DNA of 64,000 bases, from positions 868,001-932,000 of the forward strand of contig NIVC01000010.1 in assembly GCA_002269645.1 (NCBI GenBank), in the 5' to 3' direction. Position numbers and translations under genes: made by a program. How positions within the stretch are numbered: position 1 is the stretch's first letter; the number at the start of each line of letters is the position of its first letter. The notes beneath the pieces are model-generated. The model was not told where the DNA came from, ran no database searches, and saw only the letters and a list, made by a program, of their open reading frames with translations. Source of the stretch: Macrostomum lignano. Its lineage: Eukaryota. Positions 47,223 to 58,682 of this stretch are shown here, one piece after another.

Positions 47223-49894
47223 TTAGAAATCTTGGCCCCCCTTCTTAGCAATTTCGTTGAGCAGACTCTTCCCTATGAAAACATTCCCTATTAATTATTA
47301 GAAAATCCCACTGTGCAATAATTCACCAGGCAACTCTGATCTGCCGCGTAGCCCTCCCTCGGACAATTTTAATATATAGACAGTGTCTTGCCGCTCGGAC
47401 ACTTCATGCCCCCAGGAGCAACCCACGGCTTACTCCTGTTAGTAGTAGAATTTGCATCTTTCCTTATTCCCCAACTAAGTCCCTTGTGATAACTTGATAG
47501 AATAGAAGTCAGTAATCTCACCCTGCAACAGATTTAGCAACATCAGTAAGGTTTTAATAGAGTACCCAGGAGCCCTGTAACACATGTATCTCATAGTCAT
47601 GATAGGTATATGCCAGAATGAAAATTCATGATTTTTCAATTTTATACTAACATAAAATTAAAAAAATTTATGCTAAGTACATGCTAACTGCTAAGTATGG
47701 TAAGATCTCATCAACTGAACACAGAAACATTTTGCAACATTCTTTCATATAATATAGGCCTAGGCTATAATAAAAGAGTTTTACATATAGCCCTAATGAA
47801 TAAAATAAAATTGCCCTGAAGTTGTTCAAAACATTTTTTAAATGATGTAACTTTTATAGACTCTTAAAATATACTCCTCATGAGACAATAAAAACAAAAG
47901 TCATTTATTGCATGTTTGGTTTTGAAGAACCCTGTTTGATTGATGAGATTATATTCTTAATAACTCAAAATTTAACTAGTCCTTATCAGTACAATGATGA
48001 ATAGATAAGAAAAAACTAAATCTAATAGCATAAATGACATTGGTTTGTCCACTTACACATAGAAATTTGTTAAATAAAAAAGTTATATAAAAATTTATAA
48101 AAAATGCTTGATGAGCAAAAATGATCAGTGCCTATTGCCTAGGCCTAATGTCAATGATTATGAGCAAGCAAGTGTTTGAAATTTAGGATAGGCTACAAAA
48201 CGTTTTGTGCAGTTTGTGCATATAGATTCATCAAATAGGCGATAGGCCTAGTTATATAGGATGATAAAGTCATTAAAAATAACTTTCAAAATCTTATTGT
48301 TATTAGGGTTCCTGACTTCCCTACTTGTAGATATTTCTATAACCTATATGGAGCATACAGAATGGTAGGGCCTACTCATAGGACTATAATCCAAAACCAC
48401 CCAAGTTGGCAAGGTCCTAATGGTAGTGCATTAATAAGTAAGGCTAAAAGTAATCTGCGCACATTATATTGTGCAGAAAAGAAACAAAAGCAGAGCACAG
48501 TTATCACATAAACTCAAGCAAATCAAGTCAACTAACAAGCTACCTGTTTTTTCGGCTCGATCGTCGTCGTCGGCGGGGCTGCTGTGGCGCGGCCAGTACC
48601 GGCCGGGCCGGGCTTTTTCAAATTAAAGCATACAGCCTTTTAAACAAGCAATAAATATATACAATCTATTTTAGTCTGTAGAAAAGGTCCAGTCATATTT
48701 TAAGTAGTTTTGAAAAGTAAAATTCGCTCTTTACAAGGCACAAAGCGCTCCTAGAAAATTATTAGATTTTGTAATTAGTTCAACAAACACGGGAAACGAG
48801 GAGACGCTGAGAGACTGGGCACAAATGTTTATTACCAAATATTTTTACTTCTCAATGACATTTTCTCTATAATACTTATTTATTTATATATAGACCGAGA
48901 TTAGCCCTTAATTTTTTTAATTGTGCGAAAATACATGCATTAATAAGTTTTCAAATATATAGAGCATAATACCCCACATGTAGACAACTCATTTTTTAGT
49001 ATATAGGAAATTTTCTAATTATGAACTGACGTCGAACGTGCAGCCCATTTTGGCGAAAGTATATTCAGAGACGCTTCGGCGAAGATGAATTTTTAGTTTA
49101 CATCGATGCAGATTTTGGCAAAATTGACCGCGCAGTTCTTCGAGGAAAAATTTATAATTGCAAATACAGCTGTAGCGACTGACAAAAATTGCTACGTATT
49201 GCGCGCGGAGCGAGTGTATTTCGCAGAGCGGAAAGAAAATGAAGCATGGAATGGGGATACAAAGAGCCTTATTATAGTAGGCCAGCGCGATATGAGATCT
49301 GAGCCAGCCCCCAGACACGCAGCTAGATCTCTCACAGAGGTTTAGCCAACCAATTGGGGCTCGGCCCACGCCGCACAGAGATGTGGAAGACGCATCCCTG
49401 CCGAGACAGTGCACCGGACCGTCTGCGGGCGGAGTGCACTTTCCGCCACAATACACTCGTATAAGCGCTCGTCAACATGCCATCAGCTGTGACGGATGTA
49501 GATGACATGCAGCATCGAAAATGTCGAACAGTAATTTCGCATCATCAATATGTCCAGATACGGAAAGGTATACGGATATAACTTGCCAGTGTAGATGTGC
49601 ATATTGTCTTTTGCTACAGATACATGTAAGTTGGTGGTGCAGACATGCCAGGTGCCCCGACGATCGAATCAGGTAGGCCGCCGCTAGCAGAGCCGCCCAA
49701 ACAATCAGGTGCCGCCGCTAGCAGAGCCGCCCAATCAGGTGCCGCCGCTAGCAGAGCCGCCCAATCAGGTGCCGCCGACTGAGGTACATCACTTAGGTCC
49801 ACGTACCCACAATTAAAATTGTGACATTGCATATTATAATCAAAATACCGATTCGAAATTGTGCAAATGCATGTACATGCACCTTTGGCACCTC

Positions 49895-50116
49895 TTATAG
49901 CTGTCCAGCCATGAAGTCGAAGAAGGCACGTCGAGCCTCCTCCGGGTGAGCAGCGGTGGGTGCATACGCGCAGAACAGCCGGATGCAGCGGGCGAGCAGT
50001 CGCAGGTCGACCCGCATCAGTCGTGGGGACAGCGAAGCGCAGTGCACGCTCTGCTGGAGGCGGTCGATCAGTACGCCGACACCGCCCTGGCCGCGGTCGT
50101 CTGCCGACGTGTACAA
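49895..50116 (-). pseudogene. Non-LTR retrotransposon AP-endonuclease fragment
   Basis: GGVGVLI...SPRLMRV...FCAYAPT...EEARRAFF is a typical LINE (RTE/CR1-like) APE segment. Confidence 0.7.
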
Positions 50117-50924
50117 AAGGGCGAGATGTTATCGCCAGTCAATGTGAGCGAAACCTACACAGAGGGGCCACTGCAGGGGCGCACTGTGTCAGACGTCCAA
50201 TTTCCACAAATAGAGCTCTATATAATACACGAGGTGCCTACACATATTGGCGCCTGCAATGCAATTTAGATTAATTAGAACTGAAGAGATCCCCCATGAT
50301 TTTACCGGCCAAAATTATTCAGAAGCAAAAATTCAGTAGCCTGCGGAAAGCTGTGGCCTCAGCCAGTTGAGATCGAGTGAGTTTCCAGAAAGCCGTTTGA
50401 GAATATTCAAGAGTCGGATTTGAGATTAAGAAATCAAGTTTCTAGTCAAGTTTCTAAATCAAAGTTTCTCAAATAAAATTTGAGAGCAAGTGCTACTGCA
50501 GTCCGAGTGGAATTAGGGAAGCTTCTGCTTTTTTCATATTGTTTTATTTTTCATGCAAGCTGCCTCGCGTCCGTTGTGTACACCTTTTGTGTAGTTAGTT
50601 TTGTTTGCAGTACGAAAGAGAGAGATAATCTAAAAACAAAAATCAGAGAAAAGAGCAAAAACTTCACGCTTCATTCAGCGGATCGCCTGTTTTTGATTGA
50701 TCGAATTGAATGTAGATTGGTGAATCAAGTAACAGTTTTTCGGTTGACAATGTATAGTATCAATAGCTTTAATTTTACTTCTGTTTGGAGTGTGTGAAAT
50801 GCAAAATAGTGATTGGAAATATACTCGGTTAAAGATGCATGATGCAGATGTTTGCCAATTGAAAAAGTAGCAAGAAGCTTAAATTTCTACTTTGTGAAAA
50901 TTGATTTCGAAATTTTGCTATTCC

Positions 50925-51254
50925 TAACCTCGGATATCTGTAGCGGATGTCCTAAAGCAAACCTCTGTCTCCGCAGACAGACCCCTATCTTTCAACCTAC
51001 AGTCGGATGTCCTAAGACAACTTCCCCTTCTTGTGATCTCCGCGGGCCGGATAGCAGAGTCAGTGCCGTAGGATGTCCTGGAGAGGCATCTCAAAGTGCC
51101 CGGACAATGCAAAGCAGCTCAAGATATCCGGGAAGGAGAAAACAAAGCAGGTTTTTTGCGTGGCAGTATCCGGGCGGATATCGTAATATAAGTGCGTTCG
51201 GATATCCGGGCCAGACAAAAAAAACCCGGATAGTCTAAAGTGTAACACCGGCCT
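50925..51254. mobile_element. MITE or DNA-transposon end, possibly PIF/Harbinger-like
   Basis: Many CGGAT(A/G)TCC subterminal motifs ending in ...AAAGTGTAACACCGGCCT, a TIR-like end. The partner end was not found. Confidence 0.35.
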
Positions 51255-51849
51255 GGCCCGTCCAAGTGAACTGCTGCGACTTCGGTGCTGCAGGCACCCT
51301 ACCAGCGCGGCCAGGCCCGAACTCGGCGTTTCGTCGACTGCCTGCTGGCCGACGCTGGCGCCCCGGACTCTGCCGGCGGTGCGGCCTTTGTTCGCGCCCA
51401 GGCTCTGAAGAAGTGCCCTGTGACGCAGCTTTTTTTCCACCTGACAGCGTACTTTGTTGTTGTTGTTGTGTTGTAGGCTTTTTGCACAATCTCTTCCCTT
51501 GTCCTATTCGATTAAAGTAATTGCTATTCTCTTGCTTTGAAGCAGCCACCCAATTTTGGCTATAATAGCCATTTTTCAAGCATTCGTTCCTCCTGGTTCA
51601 GACTTTCATTCGTTTACATGTATTCTGTCCCGGCAAGTGGTGTTGTGCCCAAACTATGGAAGCATGTAATTCCAGTATCACTCTATAAAGGTCAGGAGGT
51701 AGAGGAAGAAGAGGTCGAGGAGGTAGCTAGGAACGTCCGTTCAGCAGCCGCCGCTGCAGCCGCCTGCGATTTTTCATCCCAAGGCTCAGTCTCCCCAGAT
51801 GGATCAGAGTGTATAGATCCTCTCCGCAGCGAGCCTAGCCTCAACCCCA

Positions 51850-52548
51850 AGCCGCTGACATGGCAACACAATTATCGCAAGCCTTTGTATAGCTATCGGA
51901 TTGGGTACAGAGACACAGAGTGTCAAGATAATCGTTGAGAAGTTCAACCCAAGCTGAATCTTGATTTCCTAAGAGGTAATCTTTGCTTACTTGGAGACAG
52001 CTGACATCGCCCCAGATGAGCGCAAGTCCTTGCTAGGGCAACAGTTCCATAGCATTGACGATGTGCTGTCAGCTCAGCAGAACCTCCAAGAGGCAGATGA
52101 GGTTTCTCGGCGCTTAGCGCGAGAGCAGCCCAAATATGATTAGCGTAGGGACGATAGGAACAGAGATCAGAATCGCCCCAGCGACAAAGAATATCGGCGC
52201 AGATGGGTCCGCATGCTGGAGTCAGAGGAGGGGTAAGAAGTAGAAGAGATGCTTGCAGATTTACAGCAGCGCCAAAACAGCCTAGATGAGACCGTCGGCA
52301 GGATTTATGGCGCTATGAGCCAGGTGGCGGAGAGGATAGATCAGGCCATGATAAGCCACTCAGATCAGTGGGATGGAGACCTCACCGTGGTAGAAGACGC
52401 TGAGTATGCTAGTCAGCTGCCTGAGGGCAAGTCCCCGCCTCCCTCGTCTCAGAATCAGTCAGCGAAGCCCGCACTATTGAGGCAGAACGCGATTTATGGC
52501 GATTCGGCCAAGCAGACGAGCCAAGCAGAAATGAAACAAATATCATGA
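51850..52548 (+). pseudogene. Degraded gag-like remnant
   Basis: Multiple stops; ...YLETADIAPDERKSLLGQQFHSIDDVLSAQQNLQE..., followed by an R/D-rich stretch and a coiled coil. Confidence 0.3.
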
Positions 52549-53248
52549 AGATATGACTAATCAGTTTGAAAATCAACCTATACTAAATGTAGATTCTAAT
52601 CATTTACTGAAAATTCCCTACCTTCATTCTATTAAGCAGAAAAAACTCAATTTTTAAGCATTAATCTTTAACCTATCGAATCGAGAATGCATTTGAGAGC
52701 GTATTCGGGACTCCGGACGGATTCATGTCGACAAAAACAACGTAAATAAATCGAATACACTACTTAAATGTTGCAAGTACATGTACGGGCTTGTAATATA
52801 TGAATCGATTAGACGGACAAACGTAATTAATTTGTTTTCAAAAAATCAACCCCACATGAATGACAATATATTGATTTAAAACTGCTCAAAATGTAAAACT
52901 AGGATTGCAAATTTTACCGCGAATTAATTATCGAGTTAAAGATTGGCTGCGGTCTCCAAGCACCTGTCAACAGCTACAGTAGTTTTTCGCTGCCATAGAG
53001 AATATACCTGACCACCTGGCCAAACATGGAATTCAGTCTGCGAACAGACGTCTCGTCAATTTTTGGACGATTACTTCGCCACAGGTGTAGCAGATAATTG
53101 TTGCGCCAATTCCACCTGGGTATTTTTGTGTTATTGGTGATATCGCCGTACAGCATCCTGAGTTCCCGTTCGGTCCAACCCGGACGCGCAAAGGACTGGT
53201 TCTCCACTCGGCATAGATGCGGAACTACATAACGCGTAGATTGTTGTT

Positions 53249-53288
53249 GATTTTGGAGGTGAGGTGGGTGTCAGAGCCAATGCAAATT
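53249..53288. repeat. 40-bp perfect inverted repeat, left arm (partner 62771-62810)
   Basis: GATTTTGGAGGTGAGGTGGGTGTCAGAGCCAATGCAAATT is the exact reverse complement of 62771-62810. Confidence 0.95.
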
Positions 53289-53369
53289 GGAAACCCCCTC
53301 TCCCAAATAAGTTTTCAAAAGGCGTATATATATTTACACAAAAAGCCGGCCGAGCTTTGATACGTATAT

Positions 53370-54020
53370 TTATTTAACATACACAATTGGGTGACGACCC
53401 AAAACATTTGAATAATAGCGAGCAGGAGCATTTTGCAAACAGTTTACAATCAAGTATGAGTAGGGGTCGCGAGTAGCATCCTCATACGTTTTGACAAAAC
53501 TTTTTGGATTAGTGGGGACCAGCTGCCTTGCAATATGAGACACTGTGCTGGCATCCCGTACATTGCGGAATAAAACAAGGTAGTTCGAATTGAGCGACTG
53601 AGTTCGGTGCTCCTTACCCTTTGCAAACAGGTTTTGCACAAGATACCAAAGTCGGAACCCCACGTGGGAGACTTTGCGCGTGAAAAAAGTTGTAAAAGCG
53701 CCACTCTTTTCCATGGCATGCATTTGGTCGTCGACGACAAGCAGAATATTTGGTTCAGGGACATATTGTTCAGGATCAAATGTACACGAACGAAAATTTA
53801 CAGGGTACGGCAATTCAAACAGTTCAGGATCCGGATAGTGGCCAAACCAGTCTACGCGAATCGGCTTCGGATCTTGAAAAAATTCTTGTCTCAATAGGTT
53901 TTTCACAAGTGTGGTCTTGCCGCTTTGAGCCACCCCAGCAAAAATTGCAGACGTTTTGGGGGCAAATTTTAAAGAGTCGGGGTCTATTGTTTGATACATT
54001 TTGATAGGCCGCCCAATCAT
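53370..54020 (-). CDS. A32/FtsK-like packaging ATPase
   Basis: Walker A GVAQSGKT, Walker B LLVVDD, and SLNSNYLVLFRNVRD. Intact. Confidence 0.92.
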   Translation of the reverse strand: MIGRPIKMYQTIDPDSLKFAPKTSAIFAGVAQSGKTTLVKNLLRQEFFQDPKPIRVDWFGHYPDPELFELPYPVNFRSCTFDPEQYVPEPNILLVVDDQMHAMEKSGAFTTFFTRKVSHVGFRLWYLVQNLFAKGKEHRTQSLNSNYLVLFRNVRDASTVSHIARQLVPTNPKSFVKTYEDATRDPYSYLIVNCLQNAPARYYSNVLGRHPIVYVK

Positions 54021-54022
54021 AT

Positions 54023-54474
54023 TTATGGATGATGCTGCTTTATTTGTAGACAGTGATTCTGCACCATCAAGTCGTTCTCGTAAAGATTTGTGCTATAACA
54101 GTCGCGCAATATTTTTTCAATTGACAGACCCTCCAGAAAGTGTTTTTCAGCCACAAATATTACATGAGCCCCGCAGGTCACACTCAGCGGATGCTGTACA
54201 GGATGCCGGTTCATGGCCACCTCCACAGGGACATACTTTGCGATCCACAACTTTAATAAATCTGGCACAGGATCGATACACAAGGGGTCAAAAAATGTCA
54301 CGCTCTCATCGGCATGAAGACAAATTAAAGCCCAGTGAGTGCCTGGTAGATTGCCAGTGTCAAAGTTAATCACGTATGCAGCAGGATAAACAGGCTGCGG
54401 AATCCTGTCAACTGGTGTTACTCGAACAGGGACAGGTAGTATTAGACGTTCTAATATATGTCTAGACTATTCAT
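54023..54474 (-). pseudogene. Adenain-like maturation cysteine protease with a +2 frameshift after codon 6
   Basis: ATG at 54474 (MNSLDI) is out of frame by a TA duplication (catatatta). Catalytic region NFDTGNLPGTHW...FFDP...VQHPLSVTCG is intact; 452 nt = 450 + 2. Confidence 0.85.
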
Positions 54475-54524
54475 ATCGGCATGAATATGGTCGTTATTCG
54501 AGAATAAAAAAGAGATGTTTGTTT

Positions 54525-55808
54525 CTACACGTAGTCTAGAATAACCTGACGACCGCGAGTGATTTGCACAGTATTGTCAAAGTAGCCAAACACCAACACG
54601 TTGATTCCTGCGGCCAAGGCAGCAGAAAACTTTATTTGTAGCGTCAGATTCCCTCGCTCGCGAGGCATGCTATGCCCGCCCAGCTCCATGTCGGGCATGA
54701 GATTCCAGGCGAAGAAGCAGTAGCCAGCTCCATAGTCGGAATATGATACGTCAATATCCAGGTCCCGATTCATCTTTCCTAGGCTTTTTAGTAGCATGGC
54801 ATACTCGCGAGCATAGCTATGAACACCGAATCGAGGAGTAAACGGTTGTCCACACAGACTGACTCCGTCCTTATACAGAGCGACACTGTCTGCCCCAAAC
54901 GGTTCAAAATTAAACGGGTTATGTGTAGCCACACCGTTGTATGCGCCGCTGTTCACCATGCCAACAACCACTAGTTTAGGCTTTTGTTCAGGAAATATAT
55001 TATTGATTGACATGTCCCGAACACCGCCAGCCACTGAAGTATTGTGCACAACAAGTCGCTCAATCGGATAGATTGCATTCTGTTTGCCTAGTTGTTCTTC
55101 AATCTCCAATGCCAATTGGGGGTTTGCCTTGACGCGGCGCACATGTAGTTTGGCACTCTCGAGTACTAGCCGCGCATCAACCCCGTCCGCGTGGTTTTCC
55201 AGAACGAAGCCGGAATTGTGCATGGTCAGCGTAATCACCATATCAGTGTATGGCAGTAGCATTCGGTCGTTGGTAACAAAAAAGTCTAAACTAAGAGGTC
55301 CATAAAGGTGAAAGGTGCGTGAGTTTGCCGCCATCGCCTTGCAGGCTACAAAGCCAGGATTTCCAACCACAGCCATTTGACCTCCAGCGTCCTTTGCGTA
55401 GCCCATCATTCTCAGTTGATTGGTTTTTGAATCGTGTCCGTAATTCAAACACGTGCGAATATAGGCCTTGTAAGCGTGGTTGTTATTGCTCGACTCTACG
55501 TGTGTCCCGTTGATTGTCAACGTGACGTTTTTAAACATGCTTTCAAGGACGTAATTGACCGGCGCAACATTCGAATCAGCAGCAAGATTTGTACCATTAG
55601 ACTGCTTAACGCGGGCCTTAATCTCGAGGTCAATGTCGTTAAGATCGATAAACGTCTCACCACCAACAATCCTAAATTCGACCACGCTGGCATTTTCAAC
55701 ACTGGCAACAGGGTGAACTTCTTCAGTGGTGGCGCTAATTGCAGCAATTTGGTGTGCGCGAGGAGCAAAAAGCTCGAATTCCGACTTTGTACACAGGCAC
55801 TCAGTCAT
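54525..55808 (-). CDS. Double jelly-roll major capsid protein (427 aa)
   Basis: KSEFELF...Q, FIDLNDIDLEIK, NYVLESMFKNVTLTING, YAYKAY-like HAYKAYIRTCLNYG, P.LVVVGMV, NPFNFEPF, GNLTLQIKF motifs. Intact. Confidence 0.92.
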   Translation of the reverse strand: MTECLCTKSEFELFAPRAHQIAAISATTEEVHPVASVENASVVEFRIVGGETFIDLNDIDLEIKARVKQSNGTNLAADSNVAPVNYVLESMFKNVTLTINGTHVESSNNNHAYKAYIRTCLNYGHDSKTNQLRMMGYAKDAGGQMAVVGNPGFVACKAMAANSRTFHLYGPLSLDFFVTNDRMLLPYTDMVITLTMHNSGFVLENHADGVDARLVLESAKLHVRRVKANPQLALEIEEQLGKQNAIYPIERLVVHNTSVAGGVRDMSINNIFPEQKPKLVVVGMVNSGAYNGVATHNPFNFEPFGADSVALYKDGVSLCGQPFTPRFGVHSYAREYAMLLKSLGKMNRDLDIDVSYSDYGAGYCFFAWNLMPDMELGGHSMPRERGNLTLQIKFSAALAAGINVLVFGYFDNTVQITRGRQVILDYV

Positions 55809-55826
55809 TTTTCATTCAACAGCGGC

Positions 55827-56219
55827 TTAGTGTGGTGCTCTAATAGACAGATCAGTTATTGGCACGGGTTTTTTATTTATAGAGTCGAAAATATCAGAAT
55901 GCTGCAGTCTTTTTCTCGTTTTTTTGTTAGTCATCTTTCTTCGTCTTTGTCTGCCGCTACCTCGTTGTGCGACTGTGTCCTTGAAAGCATCTTTAGCTGC
56001 CTGGACAGAGTTACGCAATGCCGCTTCTTTCAAGTTCCCGCCTTGATCGAGTGTGTCGCTAACTGTTGTAGCTAGGGCTCGTGTTCCGTGGCGAAGAATA
56101 TTTTTGCCAAAACTCTTTAAAATTGGCAGGGCAAATCGGGCAATGCTGCCAAACAGGCCGTTGCCGCGCTGTGCACCGGAAAATACCGGTAAAGCTCCTC
56201 CGATCAAGATTGAAGGCAT
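55827..56219 (-). CDS. pVI/cupiennin-like membrane-lytic or core protein (130 aa)
   Basis: QRGNG and QRGSG adenain-type sites, amphipathic GLFGSIARFALPILKSFGKNILRHG, basic C-terminus. Confidence 0.8.
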   Translation of the reverse strand: MPSILIGGALPVFSGAQRGNGLFGSIARFALPILKSFGKNILRHGTRALATTVSDTLDQGGNLKEAALRNSVQAAKDAFKDTVAQRGSGRQRRRKMTNKKTRKRLQHSDIFDSINKKPVPITDLSIRAPH

Positions 56220-56259
56220 ATTGTCGATCAGTTGCTACCTTTTATTCGTGAAAACTTCT

Positions 56260-57417
56260 TTATTTATAGCTTAATTTCACGAATGTGATCGATAAAACAG
56301 TTTTGCCTCGAAGAATCCGATCCATTAACTTGCCCATATCGTCACAGATTTGCACCTCAATGGTTTTGAATGGGTGTTTCACCAACGGTAAGTAGGATGG
56401 ATTGACAAACTCGTAGTACTCTCGTTCGCCGTATACCTTTTCATTCAAAGGAATTGCCCCAAGCAGGGGGACTTTGACGTCTCCAACAATGGCAGAGTCG
56501 ACAATATTTGAATAGATGTACATAGTTTGTACACCATTTGTTAAATCGATTGGTCGTTTAGCGGTCTTTGGAGTTTCATTGAAAACATCTTCGCGAAAGC
56601 CGAGAATGGCAGCAAGCTCTCCAATGTCGAATAAAATGTTTTCAATGGGTTTGTACTCACACCGGTTCAGAAAAGGGTTGTAGCGGAATGCATCCACTCT
56701 CGTCGCTGGACTTATTGGGAGCTTTGAAACGACGCCCCAAAGCGCTCCATTAACATAATTTAAGAGCTCATCAGGCGTGCGGTAGAATCCTTTAGCAATC
56801 CGCAGTGACGTTCTAGAAAGCCAGACACTCTTTTCAAACGTTAGAGTCATCGGACTCTCTATGGAGGAGGAGGACTCCAATTCTATAGCGAATACTAACG
56901 AATTTCTTGGGTTTACTAAAAAAGTCGTTACTTCGATATTTGATTTATTTCCAGCGTCATCAACCTTTTTAAACATGCTACGCACATTACTGGACAGCCT
57001 AATGTTCGCACCATACCATGATTTGTTCACAATTGAAATTTGGCCTTCCTGTGAACGCTCAATGCAAATCATCGCATTATCGTCTTGCTCATATTTTAGA
57101 TCGGCGATGATTGCATCAACCACTTCGTTGGCTGTTGATAGCCCCGCGGCGAGAGAAACCGACGCAAACTGTTTATACGTGGAGGTGGGTTTTTCTCTCA
57201 CCTCAATGTCAATCACTTCATCCTCGGGAGCGTTGGTCAGGACATCAACCATTCGATTATCGGGGACGGTTTTGAATTCTTTACAAAAGTAGATCCGTTC
57301 GATGCAGACTTCATGATTCGGAAAGTGGAGGGTGTCGGGCAAATTAATGCTATAATGTGCCGAATTATTCTCAGGATAGTGCTCAACGCACGCATTGCTA
57401 GGTAGGAATAGATGCAT
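56260..57417 (-). CDS. Minor capsid (penton) protein (385 aa)
   Basis: LPSN...YPENNSAHYSINLPDTL start; MYIYSNIVDSAIVGDVKVPLL...NPSYLPL...TIEVQICDDMG C-terminus. Confidence 0.88.
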   Translation of the reverse strand: MHLFLPSNACVEHYPENNSAHYSINLPDTLHFPNHEVCIERIYFCKEFKTVPDNRMVDVLTNAPEDEVIDIEVREKPTSTYKQFASVSLAAGLSTANEVVDAIIADLKYEQDDNAMICIERSQEGQISIVNKSWYGANIRLSSNVRSMFKKVDDAGNKSNIEVTTFLVNPRNSLVFAIELESSSSIESPMTLTFEKSVWLSRTSLRIAKGFYRTPDELLNYVNGALWGVVSKLPISPATRVDAFRYNPFLNRCEYKPIENILFDIGELAAILGFREDVFNETPKTAKRPIDLTNGVQTMYIYSNIVDSAIVGDVKVPLLGAIPLNEKVYGEREYYEFVNPSYLPLVKHPFKTIEVQICDDMGKLMDRILRGKTVLSITFVKLSYK

Positions 57418-57451
57418 TGTAATATACTACACGTTTCGAGTGTATGTGTGT

Positions 57452-58519
57452 TCATCCTTGTCTTATATTTATAACTTCCTCAACTGGTACAAATGCATTG
57501 AACGACTCGGGATAGCCGCGCCAACTAACGAAATGATGAGCGACACCATTGATGATGACATTGCGACGCAGAATTTTGTCTATAACAAAGCGGTCTGGTC
57601 GAACCGTCTTTGAAAGTTCATTATAGTAGAATCGACCCTCGATTTGTTCTCCAGATAGGTCGGAAATGCGATAAAAATGAGGCGGCCCCGGGCATACTTG
57701 AGACACAACGTAAACTTCTTCGCTGTACAAATCGTATGCTTCCGATGCGTATGCTCGACGAGATTTTGAAATTCTGACAAAGTCCCCTTTTTGGTAAACT
57801 GGTTCATCATATTCAGGATCCTTGTAGAGCTTTTCCCACAATTCTTTTTGGTTGTGCAGACCGACACTCGAAGGTTTCATATCAATAGTAGAGTGTACTG
57901 TGTTGTTGTAACTTTTAACCAATATTGGCAAATAGTCGATCCAACGCCACGTGTTTTTATGCTCAAAGTAGCGAGCTAAACGTTTTCGGAGAGTCCTAAT
58001 CAGCCTTTCAGCCATATTTGCCTTGTATACAGAGTTTGTACTGTACATTTTGATATTATGGGCTTTCAGTAAGTTCTGCATGCGATTGTTATAAAACTCG
58101 GTACCTCGATCAACGTGTAGATATAAAGGCTTAATGGGGAAGTCTTTGATCATGCTTTCAAAAGCCTTTGGAGTGTCGCTTTTCAATTTTATTGACTGAC
58201 AAAAAGCCAATTTACTAAGCACGTCAATTGCAACTAGAATATATCGATGACCATCATTCCATTGTTCGTATCGTGACATGTCCATCAAATCCGCTTGCAC
58301 AGTTTCCATGAAGCCTCCTGACATTACTTTTCCGGTTCGGAATTTTCTTTTAACCCTCTTGTGCCGGGTGTAGCTCGATTGGGTCTTCAGCCATTCGTCG
58401 GTTTGGCGTCTCGTCAGGGAGGGGACCAGCCGTTTGGCCTCCTGATATACACGGGCAGCATTTGTAAAAGCGGCGTCCCCCTGTTCGTACACTCTCCGAA
58501 GAGCGGTTTTCACCCTCAT
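57452..58519 (-). CDS. Retroviral-type (rve) integrase with C-terminal chromodomain
   Basis: D (QADLMDM), D (HVDRGTEF), E (MAERLIRTL); chromodomain IDKILRR...VSWRGYPESFNAFVP. Intact. Confidence 0.95.
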   Translation of the reverse strand: MRVKTALRRVYEQGDAAFTNAARVYQEAKRLVPSLTRRQTDEWLKTQSSYTRHKRVKRKFRTGKVMSGGFMETVQADLMDMSRYEQWNDGHRYILVAIDVLSKLAFCQSIKLKSDTPKAFESMIKDFPIKPLYLHVDRGTEFYNNRMQNLLKAHNIKMYSTNSVYKANMAERLIRTLRKRLARYFEHKNTWRWIDYLPILVKSYNNTVHSTIDMKPSSVGLHNQKELWEKLYKDPEYDEPVYQKGDFVRISKSRRAYASEAYDLYSEEVYVVSQVCPGPPHFYRISDLSGEQIEGRFYYNELSKTVRPDRFVIDKILRRNVIINGVAHHFVSWRGYPESFNAFVPVEEVINIRQG

Positions 58520-58682
58520 TCGCAACTAGATTCGATGCACAGCATGAGTAATTACACTTGAACTCCACAGACGGTTTGTCTGAGCAAAGCTTTGAAGTTA
58601 CAGCTGCGGCACCCATGATCCAAAAACAGATTATTTATCATGAAAATGATTTCTATTTATAGTTTTTTTAACGTCTCGTATT

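Larger units (their letters stand above)
44631..47582 (+). mobile_element. Internally deleted Ty3/gypsy LTR retrotransposon
   Basis: CATG TSD (44627-30 and 47583-86); termini TGTGGCAGG...CCTGTAACA. 5' LTR 44631-45587; the 3' LTR is only its last ~360 bp (47222-47582, matching 45226-45587). PBS, gag and the start of the protease are present; RT, RNase H and integrase are absent. Confidence 0.88.

Noticed and set aside
48540-48620. Small GC-rich patch with a donor-like site as an upstream SMARCAL1 exon
   Set aside because: It is 9 kb away across several transposons, has no start codon, and does not resemble the RPA-binding motif.
49614-49832. 72-aa ORF with AAPDWAALL repeats
   Set aside because: Produced by a 30-bp x ~3 tandem repeat; no other support.
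52560-53000. Left terminus of the Polinton
   Set aside because: No AG/AGT-repeat terminus, long TIR or 6-bp TSD could be identified, so the boundary is left approximate.
52974-53207. 77-aa ORF left of the inverted repeat
   Set aside because: It starts at GTG, has no recognisable motif, and the upstream frame is closed. It may be real but is unsupported.
58350-58616. 88-aa ORF overlapping the integrase start
   Set aside because: Alternative-frame overlap with no motif.
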